From Thermococcus sp. (GTDB lineage: Archaea; Methanobacteriota_B; Thermococci; Thermococcales; Thermococcaceae), in assembly GCF_027052235.1 (NCBI RefSeq), contig NZ_JALUFF010000081.1, positions 5,136-69,135 of the forward strand: a stretch of DNA of 64,000 nt, in the 5' to 3' direction. Below, piece by piece: positions 17,759 to 26,348 of the stretch (positions are counted from its first letter, which is position 1; each line of letters opens with the position of its first letter). The notes below the pieces were generated by a model. That model was not told where the DNA came from, ran no database searches, and was given only the letters and a program-made list of their open reading frames with translations. The position numbers and the translations under genes are program-made.

Positions 17759-19276
17759 TCACCTCAGGTCTGCTCTCCTAAACCTTAGCCACGTAATGGT
17801 CAAGTAAGCAAACGTTGGAATGATCAGCATGCCCAGGTTACTTTCATGGTTTAAAATCTTATCTATCCCAGCAGGAGGAAGATTGCGCTTCTGAGAGAGC
17901 GCAGAGCTAAGGGCAACGTACTGAACCGAGGGAGCTGGGACGTACAGTGCCCTCCGGGCGAGCTCTCCCGAGTGCCCAAACGTAGTTACAAAGGCTATTG
18001 GGACTACAAAGCCCAGCAAGAAGGCGAGAACCAGCGAGAGGAGAAGTGCCTTTCTCCCCCTCATGAAGGCCGAGAGAAGGTAGCCGAGGGCCAGATACTG
18101 GAGGAGCGAGAGGAAAAGGAGGGAACCAAAGGCAAGGCCGAGTTCGAGGGTTCTACCTAAGGGAGCACCTAAGTGCAGGGCGTAGGCAACGATAAGGGCC
18201 GCGTAGAAAGCAGTTCCAATGAAGACCGCGAGGGTATCGCTGAGGAGCGTTCCCAGGAAAAAGTCTCTCCTCTTCATCGGCTTGCTCAGGAGAACCCTGA
18301 CGGTGCCGTTCTCAATTGCCGAGCCGATCGAGAGCGCCCCGAAGGGCAGAACCACGAAGGGCAAGAAAACGCCGTTCAGGGCCGAGATTACGGCATTCAA
18401 AAGGCCCGGAATACCGAAATCTGAGTGGTAATCCCCGAGCATGGTAAAGTTAAAGAATGCTGTCATGGTGGTCAGAGCGAGGAAAGCAATGAAGCGCCTG
18501 CTCTGAAGGCTCAGCCCGAGGAAAACGCCGTAAAGCCCGCGGGGGGAGAAGGAAAAACCAGGGACAGCAATAGACTCAGGACCCCTCAACTCCCTCCTCC
18601 GGAAGGCTTCCATCCCGACGAGCGACAGAAGAACGAAAACAGCCAAAAGTTGTCCAACGGCCTTATGGGAGACAGAAACGCTCTCGCCGATTGAAACAGC
18701 CCTCTCAAGGTAAACCGTCGGAATGAACGAGTAATCGGATTTTCCGAGGAGAAGGAGAACAACGAACGCCCCAAGCCCGAGGAAGACCCCGGAATCTCGG
18801 GAAGTAGCGAGGGGGATTAGGAGCAGGGCGATTCCAACAACGCCGACCAGCGAGAGCGAAAGGGCAAGGGAGCCTACGAGATAGTCTTTAACTTCGAAGC
18901 TGTGGGCTAGCATTGCAAGCGCTCCCGAGAGTGCAATCCCTAGGGTGAAAATTAGAGCAAGCTTTAACCCCTCGAAGGCCCAGCTTAGGAAATAGCGCCT
19001 CCTCGTGAGGGGCTTTGAGACCATCAAGATGACGCTCCCCCTCTCGAAGTCCGAGCCGAAGCGCGGGAGGAGAATTATTAACAGGACTGGTATGAAGAGG
19101 AACTTGATGAAATTCGGAAGCCATTTGACGAGCAAGTCGGCGGTTATCAGGTGACCGAGCACTTCGGAGGATATGTTGGGATAGTGAGTGGTAAATCTGG
19201 AAACGTCTATCTCGACCGCTATGGCCGGGAAGAGGAACATTACAAAGATTGTAGAGGAGTTTACTTGTTTTTTCAC
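17759..19276 (-). CDS. Tandem (two-domain) ABC-2 type permease
   Basis: Two copies of the E.G.....SKP..R motif and of the F.R.(D/E)LR ending; RBS GGAGGGTG before GTG 19276. Confidence 0.85.
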   Translation of the reverse strand: MKKQVNSSTIFVMFLFPAIAVEIDVSRFTTHYPNISSEVLGHLITADLLVKWLPNFIKFLFIPVLLIILLPRFGSDFERGSVILMVSKPLTRRRYFLSWAFEGLKLALIFTLGIALSGALAMLAHSFEVKDYLVGSLALSLSLVGVVGIALLLIPLATSRDSGVFLGLGAFVVLLLLGKSDYSFIPTVYLERAVSIGESVSVSHKAVGQLLAVFVLLSLVGMEAFRRRELRGPESIAVPGFSFSPRGLYGVFLGLSLQSRRFIAFLALTTMTAFFNFTMLGDYHSDFGIPGLLNAVISALNGVFLPFVVLPFGALSIGSAIENGTVRVLLSKPMKRRDFFLGTLLSDTLAVFIGTAFYAALIVAYALHLGAPLGRTLELGLAFGSLLFLSLLQYLALGYLLSAFMRGRKALLLSLVLAFLLGFVVPIAFVTTFGHSGELARRALYVPAPSVQYVALSSALSQKRNLPPAGIDKILNHESNLGMLIIPTFAYLTITWLRFRRADLR

Positions 19277-19327
19277 AGTACCACCCTCCGAGAGCTAGCT
19301 AATAATTTAAATAATAAACCTGCTCCA

Positions 19328-19348
19328 CAAAGAAATAATAAAAAAGCG
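19328..19348 (-). terminator. Oligo-T terminator after the precursor peptide genes
   Basis: Minus strand CGCTTTTTTATTATTTCTTTG begins 7 nt after the TGA of precursor B. Confidence 0.55.
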
Positions 19349-19354
19349 AGTGTG

Positions 19355-19534
19355 TCAAATATCAATCACTTGGCAATCAGGATCTCCTCCCCAGTCCCAG
19401 AAGCATCCGGTGTCTGTCATCTCACAGCCTTCTCCAAATGCACACTCAATGTAGCAGTTGTCACTGTTGCAGTTGTCACTAGTTATGCATAGAGGTTCAA
19501 TTGGATTGATATTCTTGGTTAACTTCTTGAACAT
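19355..19534 (-). CDS. Cys-rich RiPP precursor B, 59 aa: MFKKLTKNINPIEPLCITSDNCNSDNCYIECAFGEGCEMTDTGCFWDWGGDPDCQVIDI
   Basis: Translated by hand (below the ORF-track cutoff); RBS GGAGGTGA 6 nt before ATG; 7 Cys; leader shared with precursor A; downstream of an rSAM/SPASM gene. Confidence 0.9.
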   Translation of the reverse strand: MFKKLTKNINPIEPLCITSDNCNSDNCYIECAFGEGCEMTDTGCFWDWGGDPDCQVIDI

Positions 19535-19548
19535 TTTCTTTCACCTCC

Positions 19549-19689
19549 TTATACATCTATAATTGTACACGGGCTTTCTGAGGTGCAAATATCTATCAAC
19601 AGACAACTTAGGTCTCTAGAACCACAGTCAATATCAACAAAGCACTGTGGCTCCACCGGGTTGCCACCTGCGTTCAACTTCTTAAACAC
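19549..19689 (-). CDS. Cys-rich RiPP precursor A, 46 aa: MFKKLNAGGNPVEPQCFVDIDCGSRDLSCLLIDICTSESPCTIIDV
   Basis: Translated by hand; RBS GGAGGTGA 6 nt before GTG; 8-nt overlap with the 3' end of the rSAM gene; 5 Cys. Confidence 0.9.
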   Translation of the reverse strand: MFKKLNAGGNPVEPQCFVDIDCGSRDLSCLLIDICTSESPCTIIDV

Positions 19690-21133
19690 CTGCTATCACC
19701 TCCTTTGGTTTTTGGGTTTTGGCCTCATCGGACTCCTCGGCCCTCACCCCTCCCAGGGGTGAGCGTGAGAAGACCTTATTCAACCAGTCTTCGTCAAGAT
19801 TCGAGTAAAGCCAGGAACCCCACCTCACGAGAGCAAACATATAGGAGCAGTGGAACTCGTCGGGGAGAAACACGTCACCGTTGTAGTAGTGGTTGTTGTA
19901 TATACAGCCACCGCCGCAGTAAGCCCTTATCGGGCAGCTCGAACACTTTGGTCTCTTGTCCACAGTATGGTGAAGGATCTTCTGAATGAACTCGTTCTCC
20001 CACCTGAAATCATCAACGTGACCAACCACAAATTTTTCCATTCCAACGAACCTGTGGCAGGGATACATCTTCCCGTCCGCCGAAACCCCGAAGTAGCTCC
20101 TGGCAACACCACAGGGATAATGGCGGTAGGTGCCGGAGTAAATCATGTGAACCATCTCACGGAGCTTTGTGTAAACGATTCCTTTCTCCTTGTAGTGTTC
20201 AAGCTCGTCCTTCGCTATCTTTTCGAGGGCAGATTCAACGAGTTTAGCATGCTTCTCAGTCAGTGGTGTACTTGTGGTAGCTGGCTCAAGATGAACGCTC
20301 CTGAAACCAAAATCAACGAAGAATCTGTAAATCTCATAGTATCTATCAAGCTGCTCTGGCAGAACCGTTGCGCGGATGCTAACCTTAACGCCACGCTCAA
20401 GCATCTTCTCTGCATTCCTCGCTACAACATCAAAGGTTGGATATCCCCCACGTAGAGGTCTGTTGTTATTTTGAATGTCTCTAGGGCCATCAAAGCTTAG
20501 AGTCACCGTGAAGTTGTTCTCAAGGAAAAAGTCAATGACCTTCTCTGTGACGAGATAACCGTTGGTTGTTATGCTGAAGGTAACAACTTTATCGTGTTCT
20601 TTAGCCTTCTCTTTTGCATATTGAACCAGCTCCCGAATCAGCGGAAAGTTCAACAAAGGTTCGCCACCAAAGAACTGAATGTTAACGACCTTCTTCCCCT
20701 CTCTCATTAGCAGGTCAATGGCCTTTTTAGCAACTTCTGGACTCATTCTAGTATTGGGAGTGTGGTAAGTACCGCCATCACCATAACAGTAAACACAAGC
20801 AAAGTTGCAGTCTTCCATGACGTTAAGGGAAATGGACGAAATCTTGGATTTTATGATTCCGAGATATGGCTTTACGGGTGGCTTAGATTCATAGAATACG
20901 CGACGGAGATCTTCATCAGATTTAATCTCCTTTATCAAAGAATCCCAGTCAGATGTAGAGTATTCCTTTACAAAACGATCCTTGCCATCACCCCAGCCCA
21001 ACTCTGCCACAAACCTGCAGAAGTCATAGGTTTTCTTATCGACCTCAAATAGGGTTCCTGTAGGTGAATGCAGAACAAAGTACTTGCCACCAACGTGGAA
21101 GGTGTGCAATTCCGGTCTCACGTCACCAGACAT
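19682..21133 (-). CDS. Radical SAM/SPASM peptide maturase with N-terminal RRE-like domain (ranthipeptide-synthase type)
   Basis: CNFACVYC, FFGGEPLL, SITTNG, SPASM CG...YPCHRF...CSSCPIRAYCGGGC...C; N-terminal LHTFHVGGKYFVLHSPTGTLFEVD resembles a PqqD/RRE domain. Confidence 0.92.
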   Translation of the reverse strand: MSGDVRPELHTFHVGGKYFVLHSPTGTLFEVDKKTYDFCRFVAELGWGDGKDRFVKEYSTSDWDSLIKEIKSDEDLRRVFYESKPPVKPYLGIIKSKISSISLNVMEDCNFACVYCYGDGGTYHTPNTRMSPEVAKKAIDLLMREGKKVVNIQFFGGEPLLNFPLIRELVQYAKEKAKEHDKVVTFSITTNGYLVTEKVIDFFLENNFTVTLSFDGPRDIQNNNRPLRGGYPTFDVVARNAEKMLERGVKVSIRATVLPEQLDRYYEIYRFFVDFGFRSVHLEPATTSTPLTEKHAKLVESALEKIAKDELEHYKEKGIVYTKLREMVHMIYSGTYRHYPCGVARSYFGVSADGKMYPCHRFVGMEKFVVGHVDDFRWENEFIQKILHHTVDKRPKCSSCPIRAYCGGGCIYNNHYYNGDVFLPDEFHCSYMFALVRWGSWLYSNLDEDWLNKVFSRSPLGGVRAEESDEAKTQKPKEVIAGV

Positions 21134-21143
21134 TGTACTCTAA

Positions 21144-21188
21144 CACCTCCGAAAAAAAAAACTGTAGTTAATGTTTATAAGATTTTCT
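21144..21188 (-). promoter_or_regulatory. Own promoter and RBS of the rSAM gene, containing a T10 tract
   Basis: Minus strand AGAAAATC-TTATAAAC (21173-21188), T10 (21152-21161), GGAGGTG (21144-21150). Confidence 0.6.
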
Positions 21189-21212
21189 ATTCATTTGTAA
21201 AACAATAGAGTA

Positions 21213-22211
21213 TTAAAGTTTTTCTACTCTATCAAAACGACCAAAAATAATCAAAAACACATCCCCAAGTGATAGTTCTTCAACTCTAATCTGCATGGCA
21301 CCCTTTGAGGATAAAACCCTCACGAACTCATCCACCTCATTGATTTTAAGATAGGCCGTGACATGAGTGTAGTTCCCTTTGGTAAGACACCGAGCCATAT
21401 GCCATCTGTTGCATTCAACTTTTCCCTTCACAATCGCACTGACCTTTTTATCAACTGGAACCCTGAGCTTCCTGCTTATCTCCTCAGGCTTTCCCTCAAG
21501 GATGGGCCTCTTGTTGAAGAGTAGAACCCTGTCACTCAGCTTCTCTGCCTCCTGAAGGTCGTGGGTGGTGAGGATAACAGTCGTTCCAAAGTCCTGAACG
21601 AGGGTCATTATTGCGTCATGTATCTCGCTCTTGGTTATCACATCGAGAAAAACCGTCGGCTCGTCGAGTATGAGGTACTTCGGCCTGACCACTAGTGCGG
21701 AGGCGATGTAAACCTTCTGCTTCATTCCGGCCGAGAGCTTCTGGTACCATTCGTTCCTCTTCTCCCACAGGTTCAGCAGTTTGAGGGCGTACTCTATGCG
21801 TTCCCCCATCTCAGCCTCGGGAACCTTCCACAGCCTCGCGATGAACTGAAGGTTCCTGTAAACGCTCAGGCGCCACTGGAATACCCCCCACATGTCCCTC
21901 TCGCCAGTGAAAACCGTGAACATCTCCCTCGCAACTTTGCCGTGCTCCCTAAAGCTGTCGTGGCCGTCGATGAGCAGTTTTCCAGAACTCGGCTCAAGCA
22001 GGCCGTTGGCGATTTTACAGAGGGTCGTCTTTCCCGCACCGTTGGGACCGAGGAGGCCGAATATCTCCCCCTCCCTCACCTGAAAGCTAAGATTCACGAG
22101 GGCCGGAATCTCCTCCCTGGGTCTTCCGAGAAAATCACGGAGACTGTCCAGATCGAAGAAGCCCCCAAAAGGAGGTGGATAGTACTTGGTCAGGTTAACT
22201 GCCTCAATCAT
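21213..22211 (-). CDS. ABC exporter ATP-binding subunit
   Basis: GPNGAGKTT, LSAGMKQK, LILDEP, LTTH. Confidence 0.95.
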   Translation of the reverse strand: MIEAVNLTKYYPPPFGGFFDLDSLRDFLGRPREEIPALVNLSFQVREGEIFGLLGPNGAGKTTLCKIANGLLEPSSGKLLIDGHDSFREHGKVAREMFTVFTGERDMWGVFQWRLSVYRNLQFIARLWKVPEAEMGERIEYALKLLNLWEKRNEWYQKLSAGMKQKVYIASALVVRPKYLILDEPTVFLDVITKSEIHDAIMTLVQDFGTTVILTTHDLQEAEKLSDRVLLFNKRPILEGKPEEISRKLRVPVDKKVSAIVKGKVECNRWHMARCLTKGNYTHVTAYLKINEVDEFVRVLSSKGAMQIRVEELSLGDVFLIIFGRFDRVEKL

Positions 22212-22220
22212 CCAACCACC

Positions 22221-23018
22221 TCACACGTGACCCAATGTGCCAAGCTGCATCGCCTTTCTAACGCCCCACCTAAACGTGGCGATTCCTACTAAAAACATAA
22301 TACCGGTAGTTAGGATAAGGTTCACAAAACTCGGCCAGATTTGAGACACTGAATAGCCCCCGCCCATCGTCAGCCTGGCCATCTCAAGAATGTACCTCTC
22401 GGGGTGTATCTTGGAAATAGGCTGGAGCCACCAGGGGAGCGCGTCGGGCGGGAAGTAAAGACCGCTCACGAGCTGGGAGGTGAGGTTGAGGAACCAGTTT
22501 ACAGGATCCTGCCTCGCTTTAGTGGCAGTCCGAAAGCCCGCCGAAAAAAGTTCGAGGGCAAATGTGAGGGTGAAGCCAGCAAGGATAACTAGCAGGGCAC
22601 CGAGGTTGAGGTGAATAACTAAGCCGTAGAAGAGAACGAAGACTACCGTTATTAGGCCCATTATCATAAGGCTCCAGACGACATTCCAGGCATTTATTCC
22701 TACAAAGACCGCTACCATTCCAGCGGGGGAGGCATATAGCATCGGAAAGCTCCTCCCAATCAGGAGCTTGGAAAGGCTACCGCGCGGAAGGAATATTATG
22801 TTGTGCACGATGAAGCCTATCAGAAAGAACTGAAGGAAAGAGTTAGTTCCGTACTGCTCGATGTTCGCGTTTATGGTCACCAAACTGGCGAATATTCCCA
22901 TGACTGCAACCTGGATTAGAAGGCCTATCAGGTAGCTTACCACGTCCCAGCGGTAGCTGAAAAAGACCTCTCTCTGAACATTGAAGAACTCCCGGACTAT
23001 TTTAACACCGTCCCTCAT
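22221..23018 (-). CDS. ABC-2 type permease
   Basis: About 6 TM; SGLYFPPDALPWWLQPISKIHP motif. Confidence 0.88.
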   Translation of the reverse strand: MRDGVKIVREFFNVQREVFFSYRWDVVSYLIGLLIQVAVMGIFASLVTINANIEQYGTNSFLQFFLIGFIVHNIIFLPRGSLSKLLIGRSFPMLYASPAGMVAVFVGINAWNVVWSLMIMGLITVVFVLFYGLVIHLNLGALLVILAGFTLTFALELFSAGFRTATKARQDPVNWFLNLTSQLVSGLYFPPDALPWWLQPISKIHPERYILEMARLTMGGGYSVSQIWPSFVNLILTTGIMFLVGIATFRWGVRKAMQLGTLGHV

Positions 23019-23122
23019 TCCAACCAGTCAACGTTAGAATAGAGAATTTAAAAGAATATCGCATATCTACCTCGCTCTATTGGTGGGCAAGGCTTTCAGA
23101 AAAAATGTAAATTCGCAGGCAA

Positions 23123-25876
23123 TCAGCCGAGCCTCTTCTTCACCTCTTCAATGGCTTCCTCAGCTTTCAGCGGGTTCTTTATCCTTCCCTGGGCAAGCTC
23201 TTTCCTTCCGCCGCCACCGCCGCCTGCAACGGAGGTTATTACTCTAGCGAGCTCTCCCGCTTTGAGGTCAAGGCCATCGCCAACTGCAACGACGAAGTGG
23301 CCCTCTCTGGTGATGAGAACTACCACGCGCTTATCTTTCCTGAGCTTGTTTGCAGCTTCACGGAGGTCATCTATTGTTCTCCCGACCACCTTGCCGATGA
23401 ACTCTATTTCGCCAACCCTCTCGACTTCATTCTCAAGCTCATAGACGAGGAGCTTCGCCAGCTCTTTCCTCAGCTTCTCGGCTTCTTTCTTGGCCTGCTT
23501 CCACTCGTTAAAGAACCTCTCCGCCGTCTCCGGAACTTTCTCCGGGGGAACGCGGAATATCTCGGCGGTCTTCTTGAGTATTCTCTCGGTCTCCTGCATC
23601 CAGTTTACGGCAGCTTCTCCAGCGGCAAAGATAATCCTCTCCACGCCATCCTGTATGCGCTCCGTCCTCAGAATCTTTATCGGCCCGATAAGGCCGGTGT
23701 TGGGCAGATGCGTTCCACCACAGGCCTGAACGTCCCAGTCCTCTATCCTGAGAACCCTGATAACCCTTCCGGGGACGACTCCACCCTGATATAAGCGGAA
23801 GCCGTACTTCTGCTCCGCCTCCGTCCTCGGGAGCCACTCCCAAGTGACCTTCCTGTTCTCCATCACAACTCTGTTGGAAAGGCGCTCTATCTCCCTCAGC
23901 TCCTCCTCGGTTATGCGCTTGTAGTGGGATATATCTAGGCGGGCCCAGTCGGTGTGGAGCTGTGAACCGGCCTGCCAGACGTGTTTTCCGAGAACCCTGA
24001 CGAGTGCGCCCATAAGGACGTGGGTTCCGGTGTGGTGACGCATGTGCTGGATTCTCCTGTCCCAGTTGAGCCTTCCGTGAACCTTAGTCCCTTCCTTGAA
24101 GAGCTCCGGTCTCTCGACTTTGTGCAGGATGACCTTTCCGACCTTCTGGACGTTTGTGACCTTGACTTCCTCACCGTTGACAACCAGAACACCGGTGTCG
24201 TAGGGCTGGCCTCCACCTTCCGGATAGAAGGCCGTCTTATCCAACACGACCCAATCATCGATTACCCTGAGGACATTAGCATCGAACTCCTTCATGAAAG
24301 GGTCCTCGTAGTAGAGCGTCCTCGTGTCGGGTAAATCCTTGACTAGTTCGAAGTCCACCACATATTCTCCTGCCGTCTTTTTCTCGGTCTTCTCGGCCTG
24401 CTTGGCGACGAGAGTGTAGAAGTTGTCGGGTATGTGAACCTTGATTCCCTCCTTCTGAGCAACCTCAGCCACTATCTCAGGGGTTAAGCCGTGGCTCTCG
24501 TAGAATAGAATGAGCTTCTCCAGCGGGAGCTCGTTAATTCCCCTCTTCTTGAGCTTCGCTATCTCGCGCTTCACAAGGTCGCTTCCCCTCTTCAGCGTAT
24601 CCTGGTAGCGCTTCTCCTCGACGTTGATTATGTCAAGGATTACATCCTCCATCTCCTTGAACTCGGGGAACGTTGGCGAGAGCTCCTTTATGTGCATCGC
24701 AACTATCTCGCTCAGCGGAATCTCAAGGCCGAGCTCTCTAAGATGTCTTATGCTCTTCCTTATGAGGAGCCTTGCGAGATAACCCGCTTTGACGTTTGAG
24801 GGGATCACCCCATCAGCGAGCATAAAGGTTAAAGCTTTGGTATGGTCCGCTATGGCGTAGATGAGCTCGTAGGGCCTCACAGCTTTCTCAAGCTCCTCGA
24901 CGCTTATGCCAACGCGCTTTGCCACCTGCTCCCTCAGATAGCGCAAATCCCCCATGTCCTCGATGTCAAACATCCCAGCTAATCTGGAGTTCTCCATCAG
25001 GATTCTCCCGTCTATCTTCTCCACACCGGCCATCTTCTTGAGGGGTTCAATGACGTAGCCTAAGACAGCGTCGTAAGCCGTTGGAGTGCCATGGCTCATC
25101 CATACTAAACGCTCAAGACCGTAGCCGGTGTCGACGACCTTTGTCTCCATCGGAACGTACTTTTCACCCTTTATCTCAACCACCTGGCTCGGGTCGGCGT
25201 TTTCTGGGGCCTTCTTGTACTGCATGAAGACGAGCGTAGCCACCTCAAGACCGCGGTAGAGCACCTCGAAAGCCGGACCAGCGTTTCCTCCGCCGGCCCA
25301 CGGGTTTTCCTTGAAGGTTATGTCCTCTGCCTTCATTTTGAGCTCCTTGGTGAAGAACTCAAAAGCTAATTCAACAGTCTCGTCCATCCAGTATATCGGC
25401 TTGCCCGGGTAGTTGAAGGCATGATGCGCCATCATCTCGAATATCGTGAAGTGCCTGCCGGTTATTCCGACGTTGTCTATATCCGTAAACCTTATCGAGG
25501 GCTGGCTTATGGTGAGCGGGTTTGCAGGTGGGTCTGCTTCACCGCTTATGACCCAGGGCTGGAAGTCCATTATGCTGGCTCCAACGAGTAAAACATCGTC
25601 CCTCCATCTCGGCAGAACCGGGTAGCGCTTAACCCTACCATGACCGTGCTTCTCGAAGAAGCTCAGGAACTTTTCACGCATCTCATCTAGGGTGTACTTC
25701 TTCGGTATCCCGGGCTTTCCTATGAACTGATACTCGTCACAGGGCGGGTCTCCACAGGTCTCTCTCTCGGGATCGAGCGTCCAGAAGTACTTGCCACACT
25801 TCGGACAGCGCTTCCTAATCCATCCCTCTTCCCTAAACATCCTGGTAGTCATGTCCATGCTCATGAGAACCACCAC
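23123..25876 (-). CDS. alaS: Alanine--tRNA ligase
   Basis: [36 protein letters not shown] editing site, GGGGG C-Ala motif. Confidence 0.98.
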   Translation of the reverse strand: MVVLMSMDMTTRMFREEGWIRKRCPKCGKYFWTLDPERETCGDPPCDEYQFIGKPGIPKKYTLDEMREKFLSFFEKHGHGRVKRYPVLPRWRDDVLLVGASIMDFQPWVISGEADPPANPLTISQPSIRFTDIDNVGITGRHFTIFEMMAHHAFNYPGKPIYWMDETVELAFEFFTKELKMKAEDITFKENPWAGGGNAGPAFEVLYRGLEVATLVFMQYKKAPENADPSQVVEIKGEKYVPMETKVVDTGYGLERLVWMSHGTPTAYDAVLGYVIEPLKKMAGVEKIDGRILMENSRLAGMFDIEDMGDLRYLREQVAKRVGISVEELEKAVRPYELIYAIADHTKALTFMLADGVIPSNVKAGYLARLLIRKSIRHLRELGLEIPLSEIVAMHIKELSPTFPEFKEMEDVILDIINVEEKRYQDTLKRGSDLVKREIAKLKKRGINELPLEKLILFYESHGLTPEIVAEVAQKEGIKVHIPDNFYTLVAKQAEKTEKKTAGEYVVDFELVKDLPDTRTLYYEDPFMKEFDANVLRVIDDWVVLDKTAFYPEGGGQPYDTGVLVVNGEEVKVTNVQKVGKVILHKVERPELFKEGTKVHGRLNWDRRIQHMRHHTGTHVLMGALVRVLGKHVWQAGSQLHTDWARLDISHYKRITEEELREIERLSNRVVMENRKVTWEWLPRTEAEQKYGFRLYQGGVVPGRVIRVLRIEDWDVQACGGTHLPNTGLIGPIKILRTERIQDGVERIIFAAGEAAVNWMQETERILKKTAEIFRVPPEKVPETAERFFNEWKQAKKEAEKLRKELAKLLVYELENEVERVGEIEFIGKVVGRTIDDLREAANKLRKDKRVVVLITREGHFVVAVGDGLDLKAGELARVITSVAGGGGGGRKELAQGRIKNPLKAEEAIEEVKKRLG

Positions 25877-25922
25877 CTTTTCCAGTTAAAACTAAGAACA
25901 GGGAGAACCTAATTAAGGTTTT

Positions 25923-26219
25923 CTAATCCCTTATGTCCGGTCCAAGGTCAAGGTCAACATCTTCGAACTTCTCCCCGTCAACCACAACAACCGGGAGGTT
26001 CAACCTCTTAAGGAGTTCCAGTATGGCGTCCTGTCTGCGCTTGAGCATCTCAACCTTGTGCCTCAGGTTCGCGTTTTCGACGCTCAGGTCGGTGGCTTCC
26101 TCAACCTTCATCCTAAGCTGCATCCTGAGCTCAATAAGTTCATCCTCAAGCTCCCTGATGGAGCGTTCGAGCCTGTCTATCTCCTCTATGTATTCCCGAC
26201 ACAGCCTTTCCTTTATCAT
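25923..26219 (-). CDS. Hypothetical coiled-coil protein
   Basis: Heptad-rich E/L/R sequence, co-oriented with alaS. Confidence 0.7.
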   Translation of the reverse strand: MIKERLCREYIEEIDRLERSIRELEDELIELRMQLRMKVEEATDLSVENANLRHKVEMLKRRQDAILELLKRLNLPVVVVDGEKFEDVDLDLGPDIRD

Positions 26220-26220
26220 A

Positions 26221-26282
26221 CCGGTCAGCCCCGCGAAACATCCTCATCAATCAGGGGGCTCCAGACTCATCATCCCAACCGG
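26221..26282 (-). ncRNA. Box C/D guide sRNA candidate
   Basis: Minus strand: C ATGATGA (26273-26267), guide GTCTGGAGCCCC, D' CTGA, C' TTGATGA, guide GGATGTTTCGCGGGG, D CTGA (26228-26225), CCGG termini; TATA AAGTATAAA upstream. Confidence 0.85.
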
Positions 26283-26348
26283 GTTCTTATGGAGTCATTT
26301 ATACTTTGCCCCACAAAACCTTTAAAAACTCGCGTGCTATGATGAGCG

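Noticed and set aside
19151-19492. 113-aa plus-strand ORF next to the rSAM gene as the possible precursor
   Set aside because: It is antisense to precursor B and the permease start and lacks an RBS; the minus-strand ORFs have perfect RBSs and a shared leader
19355-21133. Classification as a SCIFF/thermocellin system or an anaerobic sulfatase maturase
   Set aside because: The precursors lack the SCIFF C-x2-C-x3-C-x3-C-x3-C pattern; the AP-family enzyme at 4.7 kb has Thr rather than a CxPxR/SxPxR sulfatase motif, and it lies 13 kb away
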